From: Polyangiales bacterium
GTDB lineage: Bacteria > Myxococcota_A > Polyangia > Polyangiales > Polyangiaceae
Assembly (NCBI GenBank): GCA_038230375.1
Contig: JBBRNJ010000106.1
Coordinates: 1 to 25,754, forward strand
DNA length: 25,754 nucleotides
Reading direction: 5' to 3'
Below the pieces are notes generated by a model. It ran no database searches, was not told the origin of the DNA, and saw nothing but the letters and a program-made list of their open reading frames with translations. The position numbers and the translations under genes were made by a program. Below are positions 16,694 to 24,533 of the stretch, in pieces. The first letter of the stretch is position 1; every line of letters starts with the position of its first letter.

Positions 16694-18274
16694 GTGCGGG
16701 CCGTAAAGAAGGCGGACGTCGTGATCGTCGGGCTCGGTCCGGTGGGCGCCACGCTCGCGAGCTTGCTCGGTCGCCATGGCGTCGACACCGTCGTCCTGGA
16801 CGAATCGCGAGAGATCGTGAGTCTGCCGCGTGCCATCTCGCTGGACAATGATGCGCTCCGTATCTTGCAGCTCGCCGGCGTGCCCGAGGGCGCGTTCCCG
16901 ATCACGGTCATCCCGTACGTGCAGATGCGCTCGCCCATCTACGGTGCCTACGCGCGCGGCAACACGGCGGGAAGGCTCGACGGTCACCCGAAGCTCGTCA
17001 CGTTCTACCAGCCGGACCTGGAGGTCGCGCTCCGGGCGGTCCTCGAGGGCCGCGAAACCGTATGCATGGAGAGCGGCGTGCGCGTGATGGAGGTGCGAAA
17101 CGAACCGCACGGCGTCCGCGTCACCGCCGCGCGCGACGATGGCAATGAGCTCTGCGTGGAGGCGAAGTACGCCGTGGGCTGCGATGGCGCGTCGTCGTTC
17201 GTTCGCGGCGCCGTTGGCCTTGATTTTCAGGGCGAGACCTACGCGCAAGACTGGCTCGTGGTGGACCAGCGCAACGTCGCCCAGCCGATCGACCACGTGG
17301 AGTTCTGGTGCGATCCCGCGCGCCCGTCACCGCGCATGCCCGCGCCCGGGGGGCGCCAGCGCTGGGAGTTCATGCTGCGGCCCGGCGAGACCCGCGAGCA
17401 GATGGAGCGCGAGAGTGTGGCGCGGGAGCTGATGCGGCCATGGACGAACGGCGCAGACGTGGACATCGAACGCCTTGCCGTCTATCGCTTCCACGCGCGC
17501 ATCGCGAAGCGCTTCTCGGTGGGGCGCGTGTTCCTCGCGGGGGACGCTGCACATGTCACGCCGCCGTTCGCGGGGCAGGGGCTGGTATCGGGCCTTCGTG
17601 ACGCTGCGAATCTGGCCTGGAAGCTCGCATGGACGCTGCGTGGCTGGGCGTCGGCGGACATCCTGGGCTCCTACGACGTCGAGCGTCGTGCGCACGCGGC
17701 GGCCACGATCGACCTTGCGCGCTTCATGGGCCGGATGATCATGCCGAGCAACATGCCGGCCGCTTTCGCCGTTCATGGCGTCATGCGCATGATCGATCTA
17801 CTGCCGCTCACGCGCCGCCTGTTCCGCGATCTGGAGATCAAACCGAAGAACGCGTTCTCGCGCGGACTCTTCGCGCGCAGGCGTCTCCGCGGACGGCTCA
17901 CGCCCGGGTCCGCGTTCCCGCAGGGCGTCGTCAGGGAAGGGGAGCGCGTCCTCCTCAGCGACGACGTGCTCGGCACGGCCCTCTGCCTCGTTGGCTTCGG
18001 CGTGGACCCGGCAAGCGGACTCGCGGAGCCGACGAAGACGCGATGGCTCGCCGCCGGGGGCCAGCTGGTTCACATCCATCGGCGCTGGCAGGCGCCCACT
18101 GCGGCCTCGTGCTCGCGTCATTGCGAGGACGTGGATGGCGCGTTCGTTCCGCGCGCTGCGCCTGTCGGGTGGACCGCAGCCGTGCGCCCCGATCACACGG
18201 TGATGTGCGAAGGTCCCGCGTCCGACGTCACGCGGGTCGTGCAGGATGCGCTGGCGTTGCTGGGGGCGCCGTAG
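16694..18274 (+). CDS. FAD-dependent aromatic monooxygenase, MhpA/PheA-like (group A)
   Basis: GLGPVG dinucleotide-binding motif, PRAI, VGCDGASSFVR, RVFLAGDAAHVTPPFAGQG, DAANLAWKL, C-terminal VRPD. Confidence 0.9.
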   Translation: MRAVKKADVVIVGLGPVGATLASLLGRHGVDTVVLDESREIVSLPRAISLDNDALRILQLAGVPEGAFPITVIPYVQMRSPIYGAYARGNTAGRLDGHPKLVTFYQPDLEVALRAVLEGRETVCMESGVRVMEVRNEPHGVRVTAARDDGNELCVEAKYAVGCDGASSFVRGAVGLDFQGETYAQDWLVVDQRNVAQPIDHVEFWCDPARPSPRMPAPGGRQRWEFMLRPGETREQMERESVARELMRPWTNGADVDIERLAVYRFHARIAKRFSVGRVFLAGDAAHVTPPFAGQGLVSGLRDAANLAWKLAWTLRGWASADILGSYDVERRAHAAATIDLARFMGRMIMPSNMPAAFAVHGVMRMIDLLPLTRRLFRDLEIKPKNAFSRGLFARRRLRGRLTPGSAFPQGVVREGERVLLSDDVLGTALCLVGFGVDPASGLAEPTKTRWLAAGGQLVHIHRRWQAPTAASCSRHCEDVDGAFVPRAAPVGWTAAVRPDHTVMCEGPASDVTRVVQDALALLGAP

Positions 18275-19580
18275 CCCGGAGAGAGTCGCGCGAGAGCTCC
18301 AGGCCGAGCAGCAGTTCGTTCTCCAGATCGAGCAGCCCGCTCGAAGCCAGACCAGGTGCGCCGAAGATCTCGAGATGCAGTGCACCGCGGAAGCCAAACG
18401 CGACGATCGCTGGGGTTTGCAAGCCTTTGACGTTGGGGCCGATGATGTGGACGTCTTCTACGTCCTCACCGAAGGCCGTGAGCCCGTGATCGATCTTGCC
18501 CACGTTCGTGAAGATCAAACACCGCTCCAGCGGGAAATCCAGGAACACAGGATGAAGCCACTTCACGGCGCGCCTGACCCACGCGTGTGGCGCACCCATG
18601 GTGAGCGCGGTGGGCGTCACGAGGAACGCAGGCCCCTCGAGGCTCCGCTGTTGTCGCGCCGTGATCTTGGCCACGGCTCGGGCCGTGGTGGCCAGATCAG
18701 TAACGTCCTCACGCTGTACGAGCACCGTCATGATGCTGGAGGTGTTCGCGGCCGTGAGCCGCGGCGAGCCGGCATAGCGGCGGAGATCCATGGTGTACAT
18801 CACAGCGAGCGGTCCACGGGTCGACCGATCCCTGGAGACACGTGCGAGCGCAGCAATCAGCAGGTCGTTGATGCTCGCTTTCACGGGCTTGCCCCGGGTC
18901 TTCAGCTGCTCCACAGCTGCAGCTGAGATCACGAAATGCCGCCAGTTCGGCTGCTCCGATGAGTCGCGCGGAAAGCTCTGCTCACGGGGTGTGGCGCGAA
19001 GGGTCTGGAGCGGCATCGTGAACGCCGTGGCCAGGTCCCGCACGAGCACGGGCAGGTGGACCAGGCTCAACCCCGCGAGCGCGCTACGAACGCTGCGCCG
19101 GGCGTCCACTGGCGCCTGCGTGGGGACGCCGTAGAGATGCGCGCCCAGCACATGCCCCACCGCCGCGGCGCCGGCGCCGTCCGTGGAGAGGTGCGTGATG
19201 CTCATGATCAGGCGCGCGCCGGTCCCGTTGCGAAGGAGCACCAGGCGGAGCGGACGCTCGCGCGTGGAGTCGATCGGGCGTCGTGCCCACCTCGCCGTCG
19301 CCGCCTGTAGATCACCCGGGTCGTCGATGACGTGGACGGCGTCAGAGACTGGACCATCCACCTTCTCCCACCGGTCCCGCCAGAAGTCTGGCGCGTAGCG
19401 ACTGCCAAGCACGGGGAACGCATCAATAGCCCCCTGCATTGCACGCTCGAGCTCCGCGCGGGAGAAGGAACGACGAAGGTCGATCACGATGTGCATCCCG
19501 AGATCGCCGCATCGGTCCATGGAACCGAAGAGACCGACATCCGCGAGCTCGGCTCGGACCATCGCGGCATTGTCGCTCAT
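18228..19580 (-). CDS. Stand-alone condensation-like / CoA-dependent acyltransferase (HxxxDG)
   Basis: AFPVLGSR, RPLRLVL, THLSTDGAG, SINDLLIAALAR, MDLRRY, TNVG. Start trimmed to ATG 19580 (19562 possible). 3' end overlaps the convergent monooxygenase by 47 bp. Confidence 0.8.
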   Translation of the reverse strand: MSDNAAMVRAELADVGLFGSMDRCGDLGMHIVIDLRRSFSRAELERAMQGAIDAFPVLGSRYAPDFWRDRWEKVDGPVSDAVHVIDDPGDLQAATARWARRPIDSTRERPLRLVLLRNGTGARLIMSITHLSTDGAGAAAVGHVLGAHLYGVPTQAPVDARRSVRSALAGLSLVHLPVLVRDLATAFTMPLQTLRATPREQSFPRDSSEQPNWRHFVISAAAVEQLKTRGKPVKASINDLLIAALARVSRDRSTRGPLAVMYTMDLRRYAGSPRLTAANTSSIMTVLVQREDVTDLATTARAVAKITARQQRSLEGPAFLVTPTALTMGAPHAWVRRAVKWLHPVFLDFPLERCLIFTNVGKIDHGLTAFGEDVEDVHIIGPNVKGLQTPAIVAFGFRGALHLEIFGAPGLASSGLLDLENELLLGLELSRDSLRATAPPATPAHPARPA

Positions 19581-19640
19581 GGAAGTCAGGATGGCGAGCT
19601 GCATCCCATCCGCAAGCCCGTGTGGGGTAAGCTTGCGCGC

Positions 19641-20270
19641 ATGGCCACCAAGAAAGACGCCGTCCTGCGCGGCGCGAAGCTGATCAAGAAGACACTCGAC
19701 TCCGCGAAGCAGAGCATCCTCACGTCGCCGGAGCCCGCCGTGGGCGCGAAGAAGCTCGTGCTTCCCAACGGCGAGCCCATCTCGCCTGCGATGAAGGAGC
19801 TGCTCGCGTTCGACGGCGAGTGGATCGGCATCGACTACGACGAGGACGAGCACGAGGTCTCCGGCATGTCACTCGACGAGGTCATCGAGGAGACCTTCGG
19901 CGAGGAGGCCGTTCCTGCATTCGCCGAGGCCTGCGAGATGTTCGGCGACGACTGCGTGTCGTTCCAGGCCGAGCTCCAGACCCCCGCGTGTCTCTACGTG
20001 GGCACGGCAGACGATGCCGGCGAGTACCCCGTCCTTCAGTTCACGTGGGAGGATGGCGTCGCGAAGATCGGCGGTTTCATCCCGTTCGACGTGTGGGTCG
20101 CGCAGCAGCTGGGTGGCCTGGAGCGAGGCAAGGACATCGGCGACGTGCCCGAGGCATACGCCGCGCTCATCCAGCCGAGCGCAGACGCAAACGGTGACGG
20201 CAGGATCGTGTTCACACCGAAGGCGGGCGAGGCCGTGGCGCGCGAGGCTGACGACGACGGGGACGACTAA
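19641..20270 (+). CDS. Acidic hypothetical protein, possibly SUKH/SMI1-KNR4-like (DUF5066-like)
   Basis: Clear ORF with TAAGCT-N7-ATG. LPNGEPISPAMKELLAFDG, YVGTADDAGEYPVL and FDVWV resemble SUKH-fold elements; the family call is tentative. Confidence 0.6.
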   Translation: MATKKDAVLRGAKLIKKTLDSAKQSILTSPEPAVGAKKLVLPNGEPISPAMKELLAFDGEWIGIDYDEDEHEVSGMSLDEVIEETFGEEAVPAFAEACEMFGDDCVSFQAELQTPACLYVGTADDAGEYPVLQFTWEDGVAKIGGFIPFDVWVAQQLGGLERGKDIGDVPEAYAALIQPSADANGDGRIVFTPKAGEAVAREADDDGDD

Positions 20271-20272
20271 GC

Positions 20273-21055
20273 CTACCGCGGCGTGAACGTCACGATGCGT
20301 TGCTCGGGGAGCGACTCGTCGCTCGACACGAAGGCGAAATCCGTGACCTCCATCTCGGCGCGGAGCTGCGCGAGGGTCATCTTGTGCTCCGGTTTGATCG
20401 CCACCTTGGGATCCTCCGCGCGGTACTCCACGAGCACCATCTTCCCACCCGGCCGTAGTGCCCCCTTGATCTGCGCCACGGTCTCCTTCGGGTGCGCGAG
20501 CTCGTGGTACACGTCCACCATCAGGGCGATGTCCACCGCGCCGCGCGGGAGTGACACGTCCTTGTCCGTTGCGAGGATGCGCGTGATGTTGGCGAGCTTC
20601 GGCTCCGCGCGCATCTTCTTCTCGAGCAGCGCCAGCATCTCGGGCTGCAGATCCGTAGCGAGCACCCGTCCGCCAGCACCGACGCGCTTGCTGAGCCGCA
20701 CGGAAAAATAGCCCGATCCGCAGCCGATGTCCGCGACGGTCATCCCCTCTCGCACGCCGATCACGTCGAGCACGTGCTCGGGCTGCTGGGTCGCCTCGCG
20801 GTCCGCGCGCTCGAGCCACCCCGCCCCCTGGTAGCCCATGGGCTGCGCAGGAACGCGAGGCGGCAGGGTGGAGGTGGAGGTGGAGGTAGAGGTCGATGTC
20901 GATGTCGAGGTCGATGTCGAGGTCGAGGTTTGGGTCGAGGTCGAAGTCGAGGTCGAGGTCGAGGTCGAGGTCGAAGTCGAAGTCGAAGTCGAAGTCGGTG
21001 TCGCCTGTCGCGTGCACGCGACGACGCAGAGAAGGAAGAGAACCGTTCGCTTCAT
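20273..21055 (-). CDS. Class I SAM-dependent methyltransferase with lipoprotein signal and (Thr-Ser)n tether
   Basis: MKRTVLFLLCVVA-C signal; 43-residue T/S tract; VADIGCGSGYF, VLATDLQ, MVDVYHE, LRPGG. ATG overlaps the rnhA stop (ATGA). Confidence 0.88.
   Translation of the reverse strand: MKRTVLFLLCVVACTRQATPTSTSTSTSTSTSTSTSTSTSTQTSTSTSTSTSTSTSTSTSTSTLPPRVPAQPMGYQGAGWLERADREATQQPEHVLDVIGVREGMTVADIGCGSGYFSVRLSKRVGAGGRVLATDLQPEMLALLEKKMRAEPKLANITRILATDKDVSLPRGAVDIALMVDVYHELAHPKETVAQIKGALRPGGKMVLVEYRAEDPKVAIKPEHKMTLAQLRAEMEVTDFAFVSSDESLPEQRIVTFTPR
20867..20995 (-). repeat. Hexanucleotide (ACNTCN) coding tandem repeat for Thr-Ser
   Basis: 129 bp of ACTTCG/ACCTCG/ACATCG/ACCTCC units with one Gln interruption. 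Confidence 0.9.
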
Positions 21056-21501
21056 GTCTGCTTCGCCTCGCGGGCGCCTTGTGCGGCGAGCGCGTCCGCA
21101 CGCTCGTTGCCGGCGTTGCCGTTGTGTGAGCGTAGCCACTGCCACTCCACGCGTAGCCGCCTATCCGTGATCGCCGCGCTGATACGGCGGGCGCTGTCCA
21201 CGATGGTCGGATCCACGTTCGCAAAGCCGCTCGTGCGCCAGTTGTCGAGCTGCCTGTCCAGGTTCTTCACGAGCGACTCGTTGTCGCTGAACACGGTCAC
21301 CGCAACATCGTCAGGGAGCTGCGCGAGCGCCTCGGCCACTGCCTGGTACTCCATCACCTTGGCAAGTGTTCGTGTCGCGCTGCCCCAGCCTTCAAGGGGC
21401 GGTCCGTCGGGGCGCTTGATGAAGAAGCCCCATCCACCCGGCGCGTGATCGCCGGCCTTGCACGAGCCATCCGTGTAGCAGAGCCATTCCTTCTTCCGCA
21501 T
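21052..21501 (-). CDS. rnhA: Ribonuclease HI
   Basis: YTDGSC, PGGWG, MEYQA, FSDN and WLRSHNGNAGNERADALA retain the D-E-D-D and His catalytic residues. Confidence 0.88.
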   Translation of the reverse strand: MRKKEWLCYTDGSCKAGDHAPGGWGFFIKRPDGPPLEGWGSATRTLAKVMEYQAVAEALAQLPDDVAVTVFSDNESLVKNLDRQLDNWRTSGFANVDPTIVDSARRISAAITDRRLRVEWQWLRSHNGNAGNERADALAAQGAREAKQT

Positions 21502-21519
21502 GTGGGCCTGCCGGCCATT

Positions 21520-23196
21520 CTACAGCGACTTGTCGGGACCGTATCCGGGGAGCGTGTGGAAGACCTCTACGAAGCGGCCGTCCACGTGCGGCCACTCCAC
21601 GTACCAGGTCATGTTCGTCGCCAGCACCTTGGCGAGGTCCTGCGGCGAGCGTGTATGCGCGCCGATCAGATCGTTCGGGTTCTCCTCGTGCTCTGCTGCC
21701 TCGTCGACCGTCTCCTCGCCGAGCACCAGCTTCTTCAGCATGTCCGGGCTCTCCGAGCGCACGTTGCGGACGTTCGTCAGCATGCCCTCGATGCGCTCGC
21801 CGCGCGCCTTCGAGATCGGGCGCGCCTCACCGCACGGCTTCTGGTCCCAGTAGTCGCGGAAGACGAGCCCGTGCAACGTCACGATGTCCCCGGCGCGCGC
21901 CGCATGCTTGCGCGTCTCGCTCCAGTGGCAGTCGCTCTGGCTCCATGAGCCGGTCTCGTCCTTGGTGAGCTTGTTTCCGTCAGGGTCGTAGACGATCTCG
22001 CCGCGCAGCAGGTAGAGCTCCGTCCCGCCCTTCGCGAGCAGATCGATCCGATGACCGTCGCCCGAGACGTTGCCCTCGTGGATCCAGTGATGCACGCCGT
22101 CGCTCCCGGGCACGATGTCGAGCAGGTGTCCTGCCTTGCGCTTGCCCCAGTCGGACCACTGCGCTGGCGTCTGATCGCGTGAGGTCGCGAGCAGCCGTCC
22201 CTTCGTGTCGAAGTGGCGCCACACGCCAGAGATCGTGCCGTGCTCGAACTGGCCTGTCGCGATCGGTGTGCCGCGCGCGTCGTCCTGGAAGAACTGCCAG
22301 GGGCCGTTCCGCGCGCCGAAATCGAAGCTGCCGGTCGCCGCGAGGTGGCCGCTTGGATGATAGAAGCGCCAGATGCCGGACGGGTGGTTGCGGGCGAAAT
22401 TGCCCTCCGCCAACCGCGCGCCATCCGAGTAGGTGCTCCGCCAGGTGCCGCGGCCGCGAGTCAGCGTCCCTGTGCCGACGACCTTGTCATCGCCGTCCTT
22501 GCGCGTCCACGAGCCTTCCATGTGGCCGTGCTGGATCGTCCCCTGCGTGCTGCCGTCATGATCGGTCTCCTCGAACGCGCCGTCCGGGACGGGGTTCTTC
22601 GTGAGGTCCCACGGCACGTATGCCTCCGCGACCGGGGCCATGTACCCGGGCTGGATCGACGCGAGCTCGCTCATGGTGAAACCGGAGTCGGCGATCCACT
22701 GCGCCACTGCCGGCACCTGCGCGGCGATGTCCTCCAGGTAGTCGTAGCGGTGCTCGCGCGCGATGGTCTCGGCCATGGGGCGCCCACTCGCGCGCTCGAT
22801 GAGATAGCCGACGGCGCAGATGGTGCCGTCATCGTCGATGAACACGGGACTGCGCCACGGCAGGTGCGCATTCGACGGCGTCGTGCCCTTCGCAATGTAG
22901 TCATCCAGGTACGAGAGCAGCTCTTTGCGCTTCGCCGCGAGCTCCGGCCTGGTTGCGTCGCGCGAGCCGAGCCACGCGCGCACGTGCGTCAGATGCAACT
23001 GCATCCTCGCCGCTTCGCCGTCCGTCACGTCGGGCGCATGCCCGGTAGCTTCGACGAAGCTGTCGTCACCGAGATGGTGGTTCGCGCCTTCGCGGAAGCC
23101 GCGGCCGTGCTCGCCGGGAGGCAACGCGTCGGCCGTGGTGGCGAGCGCAAGAGCAGCCAATGTGAGCGAGACCGTGGTGAAGAAGCGGTGATGCAT
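21520..23196 (-). CDS. Secreted protein: uncharacterised N-terminal domain plus MORN-variant (YwqK-like) repeats
   Basis: Signal peptide (MHHRFF...ATTADA); PVFIDDDGTICAVGYLIE...IQPGY domain; repeats such as GTWRSTYSDG, GIWRFYHPSG, GPWQFFQDD, GVWRHFDTKG. Start trimmed to ATG 23196. Confidence 0.78.
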   Translation of the reverse strand: MHHRFFTTVSLTLAALALATTADALPPGEHGRGFREGANHHLGDDSFVEATGHAPDVTDGEAARMQLHLTHVRAWLGSRDATRPELAAKRKELLSYLDDYIAKGTTPSNAHLPWRSPVFIDDDGTICAVGYLIERASGRPMAETIAREHRYDYLEDIAAQVPAVAQWIADSGFTMSELASIQPGYMAPVAEAYVPWDLTKNPVPDGAFEETDHDGSTQGTIQHGHMEGSWTRKDGDDKVVGTGTLTRGRGTWRSTYSDGARLAEGNFARNHPSGIWRFYHPSGHLAATGSFDFGARNGPWQFFQDDARGTPIATGQFEHGTISGVWRHFDTKGRLLATSRDQTPAQWSDWGKRKAGHLLDIVPGSDGVHHWIHEGNVSGDGHRIDLLAKGGTELYLLRGEIVYDPDGNKLTKDETGSWSQSDCHWSETRKHAARAGDIVTLHGLVFRDYWDQKPCGEARPISKARGERIEGMLTNVRNVRSESPDMLKKLVLGEETVDEAAEHEENPNDLIGAHTRSPQDLAKVLATNMTWYVEWPHVDGRFVEVFHTLPGYGPDKSL

Positions 23197-23307
23197 GCGA
23201 GCTCTCCGGAACAAGAAGGGTCCGTGGAGAGAACGCCAGTGCAACAGAAGCGATTCCAGCGTCTGAACGGCCGCAAATTTCCCTGCGGTTCCGCGCGGCC
23301 TACACTG

Positions 23308-24027
23308 TCACGCGCGATCCAGTTCGGGATAGTGTCTGAAGATGCCGCTCTCGTTGAACGGCTGCCTGCGCGGCGACGCGAGGTACTTTGCGACGCGCGG
23401 CCGCGCGGCCACGCGGTCATGCAGCGCGCACAAGAGTGGCACGCGCTTCTTCTGTTTCGCCATGGCCTTCGGAAATGCGTAGGTGAGTCCGGCCATCAAC
23501 TGGAAGAGCGACAGATCCACGTAGCTGAAGCGGCGCTTCACGGGGTGCTTGCCACCGCCACGCTCGAGCACGCGCTCGAAGTAGTCCAGGTACTTCGGAA
23601 TCCGCTCTGCGATGAAGCCCGCGCTGCGCCGCTTCGACTCCGGCTTCTGGTCCTCGTAGTAGAGGAAGGAGCCGATCGGATGGTGGGCGTCGTGCGCTTC
23701 GACGAAGACATCCATGATCGTGAGCTGCAGCTGGTTCGCGGCCAGGCCGCTCGCTTCGTCCGCGGGGACGAGGCCATGCCGCGGCGCGAGCCACGCGAGG
23801 ATGTTTGCGGTCTGCGCGATGGTGAGCTTTCCAGAGACGAGGAATGGCGGCGCCAGTGGTGCCAAACCTTTTCCGGCGCCCGCCATGAGCGCCATCATCT
23901 CCTTCATGCCGCCCTCTGCGCGCGCCACGTCCACGTAGGGAGCATTCGCTTCTTCGAGCGCAAGGCGGACGAGCTCACCGCGTCCTTGGATTTCGGGCCA
24001 GTAGTAGAGGCGATAGGGAGATTTCAC
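23308..24027 (-). CDS. Glutathione S-transferase
   Basis: YRLYYWPEIQGRGELVRLAL, APPFL, AQTANIL, SYVDLSLF. GTG 24027 with AGGA upstream. Confidence 0.88.
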   Translation of the reverse strand: MKSPYRLYYWPEIQGRGELVRLALEEANAPYVDVARAEGGMKEMMALMAGAGKGLAPLAPPFLVSGKLTIAQTANILAWLAPRHGLVPADEASGLAANQLQLTIMDVFVEAHDAHHPIGSFLYYEDQKPESKRRSAGFIAERIPKYLDYFERVLERGGGKHPVKRRFSYVDLSLFQLMAGLTYAFPKAMAKQKKRVPLLCALHDRVAARPRVAKYLASPRRQPFNESGIFRHYPELDRA

Positions 24028-24074
24028 GTGTTCCTGAATACCACGCAAGCGCCTTTGCGTGGTCTGCTGCGCGG

Positions 24075-24500
24075 ATGGCCTACCGCACACCGCCGACGTT
24101 TCCCGTTCTCGTCACCGCATTCGGAGGGGAGGTGCATGGGATCGACCCGTCCACCGGCCGCACGCTGTGGAGTCATCAAGCCAAGGGCCGCGGCGAGCAA
24201 CATCCCGTTCGCGCGGTGGTCGTCGACAACATGGTGTACGCGGGGCCGCTGGACGGTGAGCTGCACATGCTGGAATACGCGACGGGCCGGCTCGTGAACC
24301 GCACGAAGATCCCGCACTCCACGGGCGGCACCGTCATGCAGGTCGACGGGCAGATCTACTTCGCGGGGAATGCCATCGTCGACTGCTTCGGACTCGATGG
24401 CCAGCTGCGCTGGTCGGCGCGGTACGACGAGAACAACAACGCGCGCGGCATGTCTCTCGCAGTGCCCGGCCACGCCGTGCAGGGTGACCTCCGCAGCTGA
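24075..24500 (+). CDS. Small PQQ-like beta-propeller repeat protein
   Basis: GIDPSTGRTLW, MLEYATGRLV and CFGLDGQLRW PQQ-type blade motifs. Confidence 0.75.
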   Translation: MAYRTPPTFPVLVTAFGGEVHGIDPSTGRTLWSHQAKGRGEQHPVRAVVVDNMVYAGPLDGELHMLEYATGRLVNRTKIPHSTGGTVMQVDGQIYFAGNAIVDCFGLDGQLRWSARYDENNNARGMSLAVPGHAVQGDLRS

Positions 24501-24533
24501 CCGGGACGCGACTTCCCGCAGGAGAACTTGGCT

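Noticed and set aside
18228..19580. NRPS gene cluster
   Set aside because: No adenylation, carrier or thioesterase modules in the window.
19332..19853. Apparent overlap of the acyltransferase and acidic-protein ORFs
   Set aside because: Upstream in-frame extensions only; likely starts at 19580 and 19641 leave a 60-bp divergent spacer.
20838..21224. (VE)n, (DL/DF)n and (SR/SK)n dipeptide ORFs; possible CRISPR or non-coding satellite
   Set aside because: All are other frames of the Thr-Ser hexamer repeat; there is no repeat-spacer structure.
21052..21501. RNase H as part of a retron or retroelement
   Set aside because: No reverse transcriptase, msr-msd-like structure, integrase or terminal repeats were seen in the window.
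21520..23196. YwqJK-type toxin-antitoxin system
   Set aside because: MORN-variant repeats alone are not diagnostic; the protein is secreted and no cognate toxin is adjacent.
22213..24297. 694-aa plus-strand ORF
   Set aside because: Antisense to the MORN-repeat and GST genes; no domain signal.
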